This document shows, one piece after another, positions 19,250 to 32,445 of a stretch of DNA of 53,949 bases. Position numbers and translations under genes: made by a program. The notes below the pieces were generated by a model, which made no database searches, was not told where the DNA came from, and saw only the letters and a list, made by a program, of their open reading frames with translations. This DNA comes from a bacterium (lineage in GTDB: Bacteria; Acidobacteriota; Blastocatellia; HR10): positions 1 to 53,949 of the forward strand of contig JBEPZV010000015.1 of the NCBI GenBank assembly GCA_041640655.1, given 5' to 3'. Positions within the stretch are counted from its first letter, which is position 1, and every line of letters starts with the position of its first letter.

Positions 19250-20475
19250 ACGAACTCTCGCACGTCGTAGATGCTGATCCTGGGTCGCTCGACGGAGGAA
19301 GCGAATCGAAGCCCCTCGCGGATGAGGTGGATCTGCCGCTTCAACTCATGTGGCGCGAGCGCTCGGATGCGAAAAGCGCGCGCTTTCTCCTCATAATCCG
19401 ATCCCGGATGGATGTAGAGCGGGGAGAGATAGATGATGTCCTCGCGTCCGAGCGGCATCTCGTTGAGCAAAGCGATCGTCTCTCGAACGTGAGAATCGAA
19501 GAACGCCTCTCCACCCAAGCCGATGAGGATGATGACGCCCACGGCGAGCCCCGCCGCTTTGATACGGGAGACGACCTCCAGCGCCTCGCGCGCCGTGCCG
19601 GGCTTATTCACGAATCGCAGGAGCTCGTCATGCCCGCTCTCGACGCCGAGATAAAGGCGCTTGACGCGTCGCTCGCGAAGCGCGGCGAAGTCCTCCGCTG
19701 TCCGCCGCATTCCGCTGTAGGCATCCAGGAAGGAATAGATGCCCTCGAACGCCCCCTCCACGCGCCGTTCGTCGAAGATGAAGGATTCGTGAATGATCTC
19801 CAGGATGCGCAAGAGCCATTCCTGAGGGATGATGAGCGCGTTCGCATCGGCCAGAAAGAGCGAACGCCGAAGCGTGATCGAGTCCCCCAAGAATTCTTTC
19901 ACGGCCGCGATGTGTCGGCGCACCTCCTCATCGGTCTTGATCCGAAACCGACGATCCCGATAGAAATCGCAGAACGTGCATTTGTTCCAATGGCACCCCT
20001 CGGTCACCTGAAGCACGAGGGCGAGATATTGATCGGGCGGCAGGATGCTGACGGGCTTATAGACGGAGCGGAAGCGCTCCTCGTCGCGCGCGTACGCCTG
20101 GACATCCCAGGCGAGGAGGCGCTCCAGCCACCGGTCGAGGTCCGATTCTGACACCCCACCGCCGAAGAATTGCACGCGCGCGCCCCCGCGTCGAAAGGCG
20201 GTGATGGTCGTCTGCACGTCCGACCAGAGTTGAGTCAGGAACGCGCGCTTCTCCTCCTCGGCGAGGACTCGAACCTGCTTCGGCGCCCAGGGCTCTCCCC
20301 GCTCATGCCATTTCTCGACGACTGTCCCGCTCAATCCGCGAACGAAGGTGCGACCCTCCCGATAGGCCGTGTACAGCCGTCCCGCGCGATCGAAGGAGAG
20401 GACGAAGCGATCATCCTCTATGATCGAGAGCGAATGTGGTTTGACGCTGATCACAAGATCACTCGCGTTGCGCAC
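19243..20475 (-). CDS. Radical SAM protein
   Basis: LQVTEGCHWNKCTFC (CX3CX2C), FLADANAL and YLGVESG motifs; GTG start after GGAGGT. Confidence 0.88.
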   Translation of the reverse strand: MRNASDLVISVKPHSLSIIEDDRFVLSFDRAGRLYTAYREGRTFVRGLSGTVVEKWHERGEPWAPKQVRVLAEEEKRAFLTQLWSDVQTTITAFRRGGARVQFFGGGVSESDLDRWLERLLAWDVQAYARDEERFRSVYKPVSILPPDQYLALVLQVTEGCHWNKCTFCDFYRDRRFRIKTDEEVRRHIAAVKEFLGDSITLRRSLFLADANALIIPQEWLLRILEIIHESFIFDERRVEGAFEGIYSFLDAYSGMRRTAEDFAALRERRVKRLYLGVESGHDELLRFVNKPGTAREALEVVSRIKAAGLAVGVIILIGLGGEAFFDSHVRETIALLNEMPLGREDIIYLSPLYIHPGSDYEEKARAFRIRALAPHELKRQIHLIREGLRFASSVERPRISIYDVREFVY

Positions 20476-20575
20476 CGCTCACCTCCATCGCGCTCATGAC
20501 ACCTGATGCCCGCTGCTTCCAATGGTATCAAGAAGTCGTTCGCTTGACCACGCATCCCCGTCGCCCCGGCGGACG

Positions 20576-20584
20576 TGATATAAT
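20576..20584 (+). promoter_or_regulatory. Extended -10 promoter element for the Crp/Fnr gene
   Basis: TG-A-TATAAT ending 10 bp before ATG 20594. Confidence 0.5.
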
Positions 20585-20593
20585 TCACCGGCC

Positions 20594-21301
20594 ATGCAGG
20601 GGGGGTTGGACATTCCGACTCGGATGGGCACGCTGCGCAAGGTCGCCTTCTTCTCGACGCTCAGCGAACCACTGTTGCGCGATCTGGCTGAGGCTTGCCG
20701 GCCGAAGCACTACCGGAAGGGCGAGATCCTCTTCCTGGAGGGGGAGCCGTGCCCGGGTCTCTTCATTGTGCATTCGGGCGCGGTGAAGATCTTCAAGACA
20801 TCACCCGGAGGGCGCGAGCAGATCCTGACGGTCGAATCCGCAGGGCGGCCGATCGCCGAACTCGCCGTCCTGGATGAAGGTCCATATCCGGCCTCAGCGA
20901 TGGCGGTGGAGGATACGACGATCCTGCTCATCCCCAAGGGCGATTTCCATCGGCTCTGTCGTCAGCACCCGGAGATCGCCTTCGGCATCATTCGTTCGCT
21001 CGCCGGACGATTCCGGCGGCTCGTCGGATTGATCGAAGCCCTCGCTTTCCTGGAGGTCGGCCAACGCCTGGCCCGATGGCTGCTGGAGAAGGCGCTGCGC
21101 GAGGGACGGCCGACGGCGCGCGGCCTTGAATTCTCGCTCGATCTGACGCATCAGGAGCTGGCCGCACAAATCGGGACGGTGCGCGAGTTGGTCTCCCGAA
21201 CGCTCAGTCGGTTTCAACAACAAGGACTCCTGGCGGTGGAGAACCGCACGATTGTCATCCTTGATCTCGAGCGCTTGAAGCAAGAGGCAGAGGGGGAATG
21301 A
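20594..21301 (+). CDS. Crp/Fnr-family transcriptional regulator (no Fnr-type Cys cluster)
   Basis: cNMP-binding domain (GEILFLEGE, GAVKI, YPASA) and HTH LTHQELAAQIGTVRELVSRTL. Confidence 0.92.
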   Translation: MQGGLDIPTRMGTLRKVAFFSTLSEPLLRDLAEACRPKHYRKGEILFLEGEPCPGLFIVHSGAVKIFKTSPGGREQILTVESAGRPIAELAVLDEGPYPASAMAVEDTTILLIPKGDFHRLCRQHPEIAFGIIRSLAGRFRRLVGLIEALAFLEVGQRLARWLLEKALREGRPTARGLEFSLDLTHQELAAQIGTVRELVSRTLSRFQQQGLLAVENRTIVILDLERLKQEAEGE

Positions 21302-21336
21302 GCGTCGCCTTCTGGATCGCAGCGAACGGGACTGCC

Positions 21337-21402
21337 TCGCGCGTTTCGCCCGCGGGAAGAAGGTGCGGGGGAAAAGCCCCACTGAGGTGTTGTTTTCGCG
21401 CA
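21337..21402. promoter_or_regulatory. Putative UAS sites
   Basis: TCGCGCGTTTCGCCCG (21337), CGGGGGAAAAGCCCCA (21366), GTGTTGTTTTCGCGCA (21387). Confidence 0.5.
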
Positions 21403-21499
21403 AGGTCTCCCCTCCAAGGGGAAGGGGAGCGGCACGCCGAGGCCCACTAAGTCATGCGAAATCAGGGCAGAAGGAGCGAGAAGACTCCTCGCCCCCTTC

Positions 21500-21515
21500 T
21501 GGAACGCTATTTGCA
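21500..21515 (+). promoter_or_regulatory. Sigma-54 promoter upstream of the ald-PFOR operon
   Basis: TGGAACG-CTAT-TTGCA. Confidence 0.75.
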
Positions 21516-21843
21516 TCCTCGAAGAAATGGACATCATCCTTGGGTCTTTGACACCGGCCGTCCTGGTGGCGCAGGCCGACCTCGCCTTGCATGCCTTCCA
21601 CAAAGACCTCACCACAAAATGGCTTGGCCACCAGGGGCCTTTTTTCTATGCATGCGCGGTCAACCGGGTTATGTCGTCCATCGGAGACAAAGCCGCTGTG
21701 AACCGCAGCCGGAGCCCGCGATCCTCTCGGGTGCTCCCCGTGGCTTCCCGCCCTCGCCCGTTCATCTGCGGTTCGCTTGAAAGGCCGCCCGAATCTCTTC
21801 GCAGTGTTCTCTGCTCAGAGATGTCCCCTGAAGGAGGTTTCGC

Positions 21844-22977
21844 ATGATCATAGGCATCCCCAAGGAACGATCCGCGCTCAAGGGGATCGAGGAGAAACGC
21901 GTCAGCCTCTCTCCTGCAGGCGTTCGCGAGGTGACCGCATGGGGAGCTGATGTCGTGGTGACCTCCGGCGCCGGTGCGGGTGCAGGCTTCACGGATGAGG
22001 AGTATCGAGCCGCTGGCGCGCGCATCGTCTACTCCAACGAAGAGGCGATTCGACGGGCTGACCTCGTCCTCAAGGTCCAACGCCCAATCCCCGAAGAGTG
22101 GGCTTTCTTTCAGGAACGCTCCGCCCTGATGGCGTTCCTGCATTTGGCCGTCGCTCCCAAGGAGTTTCTGCGCGCGTTGGTGGAGAAGCGCCTCACGGCG
22201 ATCGGGTTTGAGATCGTCCAGGAACCGGATGGGGCGCTGCCGATCCTGCGCTCCTCGAGCGAGATTGCCGGGAAGATGGCCGTGCAGATCGCCGGTCGCC
22301 TGCTGGAGAGCACCTCCGGAGGCCGTGGGATCTTGCTCGGTGGAATCCCCGGGATCCCTCCGGCGGACGTCGTGATCCTCGGCGGCGGGACGCTCGGCTA
22401 TTACGCCGCGCGCTCGTTTCTCGGCATCGGCGCCAGCGTCTACATCCTGGACAAGGACATGAAGCGCCTCATGGAGCTGGATCGGCTGTTTGAGGGGAGG
22501 GTGGTGACGGCGCTGGCCACGGCGAGCAATATCGAGAAGTTCGTCGCCTTCGCCGATGTCCTCATCGGGGCTGTGCTCGTGCCGGGACAGCGCGCGCCGA
22601 TTCTCGTCACCACGGAGATGGTGCAACGGATGCGCCCGGGGAGCCTGATCATGGACTTCTCCATTGACCAGGGGGGATGTGTGGAGACCTCGACGCTGAC
22701 GCCGAGCGAAGAGTTCCTCTTCACGAGCTATGGCGTGACGCACTTTTGCGCGCCGAATGTCCCGGCCATGGTGGCCCGCACGTCCACGCACGCGCTGACC
22801 AACGCCGCGCTCCCCTATCTGCGCGAGATCGTGCATCATGGGCTCTTGGGCGCGCTGAAGAGAGATGCCGCCTTGCGCCGCGGCCTCTACGCGTTCGACG
22901 GATTCCTCACGCAGGCGCTGCCCTCGCCCGATCTGCCGTGCGCCGATTTGGAGCGCCTGGTGCAGGAGGCCCCATGA
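21844..22977 (+). CDS. ald: Alanine dehydrogenase
   Basis: MIIGIPKE, EKRVSLSP, GRGILLGGIPG, GAVLVPG and SIDQGGCVETS motifs. Confidence 0.9.
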   Translation: MIIGIPKERSALKGIEEKRVSLSPAGVREVTAWGADVVVTSGAGAGAGFTDEEYRAAGARIVYSNEEAIRRADLVLKVQRPIPEEWAFFQERSALMAFLHLAVAPKEFLRALVEKRLTAIGFEIVQEPDGALPILRSSSEIAGKMAVQIAGRLLESTSGGRGILLGGIPGIPPADVVILGGGTLGYYAARSFLGIGASVYILDKDMKRLMELDRLFEGRVVTALATASNIEKFVAFADVLIGAVLVPGQRAPILVTTEMVQRMRPGSLIMDFSIDQGGCVETSTLTPSEEFLFTSYGVTHFCAPNVPAMVARTSTHALTNAALPYLREIVHHGLLGALKRDAALRRGLYAFDGFLTQALPSPDLPCADLERLVQEAP

Positions 22978-24370
22978 TGCATTGGATGGACGAGTATCGG
23001 AAGCGACGCGCGACGGCCGAGGAAGCCGTGAGGCTGGTGCGCTCCGGCTGCCGAATCTTCGTGAGCGGGAATGCCGCGACGCCCTTCGTCCTGTTGGAAG
23101 CGCTCGCGGCGCGCGCCGCGGAGCTGGAGCGCGTCGAGGTGACGCACGTCCTGCTGCTCGGCGAAGACCCACTCTCTCGACCCGAGACGCGCGACCACGT
23201 CCGCCACAATTCGCTCTTCGTCGGACCGGCGGACCGCGCGGCCGTCAACGAGGGACGCGCCGACTATGTCCCGATTCATCTGCATGAGATTCCTCGCCTG
23301 TTCAAGAGCGGACGCATGCCGGTGGATGTCGCGCTCATCCACACGACGCCGCCGGACGAGCACGGTTTCATGAGCCTCGGCGTGGAATGCCTGGCCACGA
23401 TGGCCGCCATCGCGAGCGCGCGCATCATCCTCGCGCAGGTCAACGATCAGATGCCCCGCACGCTGGGCGACTGCTTCGTGCACATCTCGCGCATCACCCG
23501 ATTGGTCGAAGTCTCCTGCCCATTGCCGGAGCTTCAGCGGTCGAGCTTCACCGAAGTGGAACGGCGAATCGGCGAATACATCGCCGAGCTGGTCGAAGAC
23601 GGGGCGACTCTTCAGCTCGGCATCGGGAGCATCCCGGACGCCGTACTCGCCGCCTTGAAGGACAAGCGCGATCTGGGCGTTCACACCGAGATGGTCTCCG
23701 ATGGGATCATGGAGGCGATCGAAGCGGGCATCATCACCGGCGCGCGAAAGACGATTCATCCGGGCAAGGTCGTCTGCACCTTCGCCTTCGGGAGCCGGCG
23801 TCTCTACGACTTCCTGGACAACAATCCGCTCTTCGAATTCCATCCGTGCGACTACACGAACGATCCGTTCATCATCGCGCGCAATGAGAAGATGGTCGCG
23901 ATCAACTCTGCCATTGAAGTGGATCTGACCGGGCAGGTCTGCTCCGATTCGATCGGGACGCAGATTTATTCCGGCTTCGGCGGGCAGCTCGATTTCATGC
24001 GCGGTGCTGCGCACGCGCCTGGCGGGAAACCGATCATCGCGATGCCCTCGACGGCCCGCGGGGGTGAAGTCTCGCGCATCGTCCCGATGCTCCGACCGGG
24101 AGCCGGGGTTGTGACCACGCGCGCGGACGTGCACTACGTGGTCACCGAGTATGGGATCGCGGACCTGCATGGGAAGAACCTGCGGGAACGCGCCGAGGCC
24201 CTCATTCGTATCGCCCATCCGAAGTTCCGCGAGGAGCTGGCCCGCGCCGCTCGCGAACGTCGGCTGCTGCCGACGCTCTTTCATCTCGGAGAACCCGCGC
24301 CGGCGCCCTCTTCTCCCCCGTCGGAGGGGGACGATCCGGCACCGCGAGGAACGGAAGGGGAGGAGCCCTT

Positions 24371-24392
<22 letters not shown>
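22974..24392 (+). CDS. Acetyl-CoA hydrolase/CoA-transferase (4-hydroxybutyrate CoA-transferase-like)
   Basis: TLQLGIGSIP, GVHTEM, INSAIEVDLTGQV, SGFGGQLDFMRGA and VVTEYG motifs; ATGA overlap with ald. Confidence 0.92.
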
Positions 24393-28004
<3,612 letters not shown>

Positions 28005-28012
<8 letters not shown>

Positions 28013-29012
28013 TCTCACGACGACTTATCTCGGCCTGACGCTTCGCAATCCGCTCGTCGTCTCCTCCTGCCCGCTCTGCGAGAGCGTGGACAACATTCGG
28101 CGCATGGAGGAAGCGGGAGCGGCTGCCGTCGTCCTCCACTCCCTCTTCGAGGAGCAACTCCACATCGAGAGCGAGCTTCTGGATCGCTATCTCTCGCACG
28201 GTGCGGAATGCTACGCCGAAGCGCTCAGCTACTTCCCGGATATGGCCTCGTACAAGCTGGGGCCGGAGGAGTATCTGGAGCACATTCGTCGCGCCAAGGC
28301 GGCCGTGAGCATCCCGATCATCGCGAGCCTCAATGGCGTCACGCCGAGCGGATGGATTCGGTACGCTCAAGCGATCGAACAAGCGGGAGCCGATGCCCTG
28401 GAGCTGAACATCTACTATATCCCGACCGATCCGAATCTCACCAGCACCGAGGTCGAGCGCCGATATGTCGAGTTGGTGCGCGCCGTGAAAGAGAGCGTCA
28501 CTCTCCCCGTCGCCGTCAAGCTCGGGCATTTCTTCACCGCTTTCGCGAATGTGGCCAGACAGTTGGACGACGCCGGAGCGGATGCGCTCGTGCTCTTCAA
28601 TCGTTTCTATCAACCCGACTTCGACGTGGAACGGTTGGAGGTTGTCCCGACGTTGACCCTCAGCCGCTCGTATGAGCTGCTGCTGCGCATTCACTGGGTC
28701 GCTCTCCTCTACGGGCGCATTCGCGCGGATCTGGCCGTCACCGGAGGCGTGCACACGGTCTACGATGTCGTGAAAGCCATCATGGCCGGAGCCAGCGTCG
28801 CGATGATGGCCTCGGCACTGCTGAAATACGGCATCGGCTACATGCGCACGGTCCTGGCCGACCTCGCCCAATGGATGGAGGAGCACGAGTACGAATCGCT
28901 CCGCCAGATGCGCGGGAGCTTGAGCCAGCAGCGGGTGGCCGAGCCCGCCGCCTTCGAGCGGGCGAACTACCTGCGCGTGCTCAGCTCCTACGCGTGGCGC
29001 TTGCCGGAATAG
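28005..29012 (+). CDS. Dihydroorotate dehydrogenase-like flavoprotein (PFOR-associated type)
   Basis: [40 protein letters not shown] and FERANY motifs. Confidence 0.85.
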
Positions 29013-29150
29013 GCGCATGCCGGCCTGAAACCTTCCGGGGCCGCGCGGGATCATATACGGTGCTGGGGCGGATCTGATTCGCGAGTGGGCCCCGCACGTG
29101 GGTCCCCCGCGTCAGACGCCCGAGAGCGGCGAGAAAGGAGGAGACGCGCG

Positions 29151-30527
29151 ATGCACTATCCATGGTGGTATGTCCCGTTCCTCACCTCCCCCATGCTCAT
29201 CGCCATCATCGCCGTCCTTCATGTCCTGGTCGCGCACTACGCGGTCGGCGGCGGCCTCTTTCTGGCTGTCGAGACGCAGTATGCCTACCGGCAGAACCAC
29301 CGGGAATACCTCGCCTATCTGAAGGAACACGCCTGGTTCTTCATCCTGATCACCGTGGTCTACGGAGCGATCACGGGCGTCGGCATCTGGTGGACGATCG
29401 GCGTCGCTTCGCCCCTGGCCACACAGACCCTCATCCACATCTTCGTCTTCGGATGGGCGATGGAATATGTCTTCTTCGTGCTGGAGATCGTGTCGGCGTT
29501 CATCTTCTACTATTTCTGGGGACGGCTCGATCCGAAGACCCATGTGCGCGTGGGCTGGATGTACGCGGGATCGGCGTGGATGAGCCTCGTGATCATCACC
29601 GGCATCACGGCCTTCATGTTGCATTCCGGGCGATGGCCGGACGAGCGCACCTTCTGGGCCGGCTTTTTGAATCCTCAATTCGTCCCGCAAGTGCTCGCGC
29701 GCACGGGTGGGGCCTTCCTGCTCGCTTCGCTTTATGTCTACCTGCACGCTGCGTTCAAGGCGAAGGATCCCGCCTTGCGCGATCTGATCGCGGCGCGATC
29801 GGCCCGACCGGCTCTCCTCGGATCCCTCTTGATCGTCCTGGGGGGGATCGGCTGGTTCCTCACGCTGCCCGAATCGGCCAAGGCCGCGCTGGTCGCCGCG
29901 AGCACGCTGAACATCCTCGTCGTGCTCCTGTTCGCCGTCACGATCGCCGTATTCTTCATGCTCTATCTCGGCCCCTATCGAAATCCGGGCTGGCTCTCGC
30001 CCGGATTCGCCCTCCTCTTCTTCACCTTCGGGCTCGTGGCGATCACCACGGGCGAGTACATCCGCGAGGCCGTTCGAAAGCCGTACATCATCTACAACGT
30101 GGTCCTGGGCAACCAGATCTACGCGGAGAAGGTGCCGGAGCTCCGTCGGATCGGCTATTTGGAAGGTGGAACCTGGACGAAAGCGTGGGTGAGCCACCAT
30201 TACCCTCAGGTCTTGAACGACGGCCGCATTGATCCGCCGCGGCTCCTGATGCTCCCTGAGGAAGATCAGGTGAAGCTCGGCGAGGTCCTCTTCCTCTATC
30301 ACTGCAACGATTGCCACGCGGGACGACGCGGGTTCTCAGCCGTCGGCCAACTGCTGCGCGGATGGACGCCCGACATGGTGCGCACGGTCGTGAAGCACCC
30401 GGAGAAAGCCCACTTCTTCATGCCGCCTTGGGCTGGCACGCCCGAGGAAGCGGAATTGCTCACGAAATATCTCCTTCGGATCGCGCACCCGCGACCCGGC
30501 GGCATGCGTTTCGGAGAAGAGCGATAG
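29151..30527 (+). CDS. Cytochrome bd subunit I (CydA)-like protein with fused C-terminal cytochrome c
   Basis: About 9 TM segments, LHVLVAHYAVGGG, WAMEYVFFVLE, EYIREAVRKPY (GRQPW-like), CNDCH heme c site and FMPPW. Confidence 0.75.
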   Translation: MHYPWWYVPFLTSPMLIAIIAVLHVLVAHYAVGGGLFLAVETQYAYRQNHREYLAYLKEHAWFFILITVVYGAITGVGIWWTIGVASPLATQTLIHIFVFGWAMEYVFFVLEIVSAFIFYYFWGRLDPKTHVRVGWMYAGSAWMSLVIITGITAFMLHSGRWPDERTFWAGFLNPQFVPQVLARTGGAFLLASLYVYLHAAFKAKDPALRDLIAARSARPALLGSLLIVLGGIGWFLTLPESAKAALVAASTLNILVVLLFAVTIAVFFMLYLGPYRNPGWLSPGFALLFFTFGLVAITTGEYIREAVRKPYIIYNVVLGNQIYAEKVPELRRIGYLEGGTWTKAWVSHHYPQVLNDGRIDPPRLLMLPEEDQVKLGEVLFLYHCNDCHAGRRGFSAVGQLLRGWTPDMVRTVVKHPEKAHFFMPPWAGTPEEAELLTKYLLRIAHPRPGGMRFGEER

Positions 30528-30534
30528 GAGGTGC

Positions 30535-31674
30535 ATGATGGACCCCACGACCCTGATTGGCCCCTCAAGCCCACTGGGATACCCCGCTCCGTATTGGTTC
30601 TTGGTCTTCTTCAAAGTCCTGGGCTTCACGCTTCACATGATCCCCATGCATCTGTGGTATACCGGCATCCTGCTGGCCATGCTCTTGCACTGGCGCGGGG
30701 GGGAAGAAACGCGGCGCCTCTCCCGACGCCTGATGCAGCCGATGCCGATCTTGATCGCCTTGGGGATCAATTTCGGCATCGTCCCCCTGCTCTTCACTCA
30801 AGTCGCCTACTACAAGGTCTTCTATCCGGCGACGATCCTCATGGCCTGGCCGTGGGTGAGCATCATCCTCCTGCTCACGCTCGCGTATTACGGCGTGTAC
30901 ATCTACGTCGCCGGACTCCGCTCGGAAGGAGCCGTACCGGCGCGGTGGCGGCAGGCCGTCGGATGGGTGACGGCCGCGCTCTTTCTCCTCATCGGCTTCT
31001 TCTTCTCAAACGCCTTCAGCTTGATGACGAACGTGCGCGCCTGGCCCGATCTCTGGCTTCGCGAGAGCGTGGCGGGGGCGCCGCTTGGGACCGCTCTGAA
31101 CACCGACGATCCGACGCTCTGGCCCCGATGGCTCATGATGTTCGCTTTGGCCCTGACCACGACGGCCGTCTTCATCCTCGTGGATGCGGAGTGGCTCGCT
31201 TCCCGAGAGAGCGCTGAATATCGCGCGACGGCTCGGCGCGTGGCCTTTACCGTTTCCACCCTCGGTGTCATCGGGTTCGCGCTCACCGGCTCCTGGTACG
31301 TTTTCGGAACATGGCCGGAAGAGGTGCGCGCGGAGATGATGCGTGGCCCCATGCGCGTGCTGACGGGCCTGACGGCACTCGGCCCCGGCCTTCCCTGGCT
31401 CCTGATCCTCTGGCAATGGCGGCGAGGAGGAACGCGGGCGCGCGCGGCGGCAACAGCCCTGGCTCAAGTTCTCGTCCTGGCCCTCAATGCCATCAGCCGT
31501 CAGATCGTCCAGAACGTAGAGCTCCGCGGCTTCCTCGATGTGACGGCCGAGCCAGTCCACATTCAGTGGAGCCCTCTCATCCTCTTCCTTCTGCTCTTCG
31601 TCGCCGGACTCGGCGTCGTCGCGTGGCTGCTCGGCCAGCTCCGAACGACACAGAGCGTGAACCCAAGCGGATGA
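30535..31674 (+). CDS. Polytopic membrane partner, CydA'-like
   Basis: About 9 TM segments, FTLHMIPMHLW and GINFGIVPLLFTQV; 7 bp after the preceding gene with RBS GGAGG. Confidence 0.6.
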   Translation: MMDPTTLIGPSSPLGYPAPYWFLVFFKVLGFTLHMIPMHLWYTGILLAMLLHWRGGEETRRLSRRLMQPMPILIALGINFGIVPLLFTQVAYYKVFYPATILMAWPWVSIILLLTLAYYGVYIYVAGLRSEGAVPARWRQAVGWVTAALFLLIGFFFSNAFSLMTNVRAWPDLWLRESVAGAPLGTALNTDDPTLWPRWLMMFALALTTTAVFILVDAEWLASRESAEYRATARRVAFTVSTLGVIGFALTGSWYVFGTWPEEVRAEMMRGPMRVLTGLTALGPGLPWLLILWQWRRGGTRARAAATALAQVLVLALNAISRQIVQNVELRGFLDVTAEPVHIQWSPLILFLLLFVAGLGVVAWLLGQLRTTQSVNPSG

Positions 31675-31737
31675 GCGCTACGCATCGAAAGCAGGGGGAT
31701 GGCTCTCCCCTCCTCGCGCACTATCCTATGACGGGGA

Positions 31738-31766
31738 TTGCCAAATGGACGGTTTTTTGCTAAAAA
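31738..31766 (+). promoter_or_regulatory. Sigma-70 promoter for tRNA-Glu(TTC)
   Basis: TTGCCA-17 bp-TAAAAA with a TG extension. Confidence 0.5.
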
Positions 31767-31776
31767 TACAACCTGC

Positions 31777-31855
31777 GTCGCCGTGGTGAAGCCCGGTCTA
31801 ACACACTGGTCTTTCAAGCCAGGATTCGCGGGTTCAAATCCCGCCGGCGACGCCA
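31777..31855 (+). tRNA. tRNA-Glu (TTC)
   Basis: GTCGCCG/CGGCGAC acceptor, CTGGT-CTTTCAA-GCCAG anticodon arm, GTTCAAAT T-loop, GCCA end. Confidence 0.93.
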
Positions 31856-32178
31856 AAGATTTTTTCCGGTGAAGAAATTGTGCCACATCGGCTTCTCTCT
31901 TCCCCCGCTACTCCCTCACGACGCGGGCCTCTCACACGCCGATGATGCGCCTCTGAAGCGCATGGGCGTCTTCTCCCTCCTGAGTCTCTTCCAAACGGAG
32001 GAGAACGATGCCGGCTCGACGGAAATACCTGCCGAAGAGATGGAATCCCCTCCCTCGATGCGCTTGGCACATTCCCCAGACGAACAGTTTCCGGCGAGGG
32101 AAACTCGGCTCCTGACAAGCTTCCCAGGGTTCGAGGCTAAAGCATAAGAGGCTCGTCTTCTGACGGGGGACTGCGCGC

Positions 32179-32255
32179 TGGTGCCGCTAGCGGGGCTTGA
32201 ACCCGCACTCTCAGGCTTGAGAGGCCTGCGTGTTAACCACTTACACCATAGCGGC
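32179..32255 (-). tRNA. tRNA-Glu (CTC)
   Basis: Minus strand GCCGCTA/TAGCGGC acceptor, CAGGC-CTCTCAA-GCCTG anticodon arm, ACCA end; upstream TTGACG-17 bp-TAAAAT. Confidence 0.93.
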
Positions 32256-32445
32256 ACCCATTTCGGATGGACATTTTAGCTGCTCTTTCCCCATTCGTCA
32301 ATTCCGCGCGCCTCAAGGATGCACCCTTGGCGAACGCCCAGCGGACACGGACGCTTGATCGTCCTCGCACTTCCTGCTAGGATGATGCCGCGTCGAACGG
32401 GGAGATCGGCTCGACTGAATCTCGCCGACTCGGCGCTCTCAAACT

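Noticed and set aside
20441..20461. TTGAC-GCTG-ATCAC / TGATC-ACAA-GATCA as a Crp/Fnr box
   Set aside because: Imperfect match located inside the radical SAM coding sequence, with no second copy seen
31777..31855. TTCA in the anticodon loop suggesting tRNA-Sec (TCA)
   Set aside because: The loop register CTTTCAA gives anticodon TTC, and there is no long variable arm or extended acceptor stem. The tRNA at 1159 (anticodon TGA) is Ser, not Sec. No selC was found in the window
31869..32147. 92-aa ORF between the tRNA-Glu genes
   Set aside because: GTG start without an RBS, low-complexity composition and no motif
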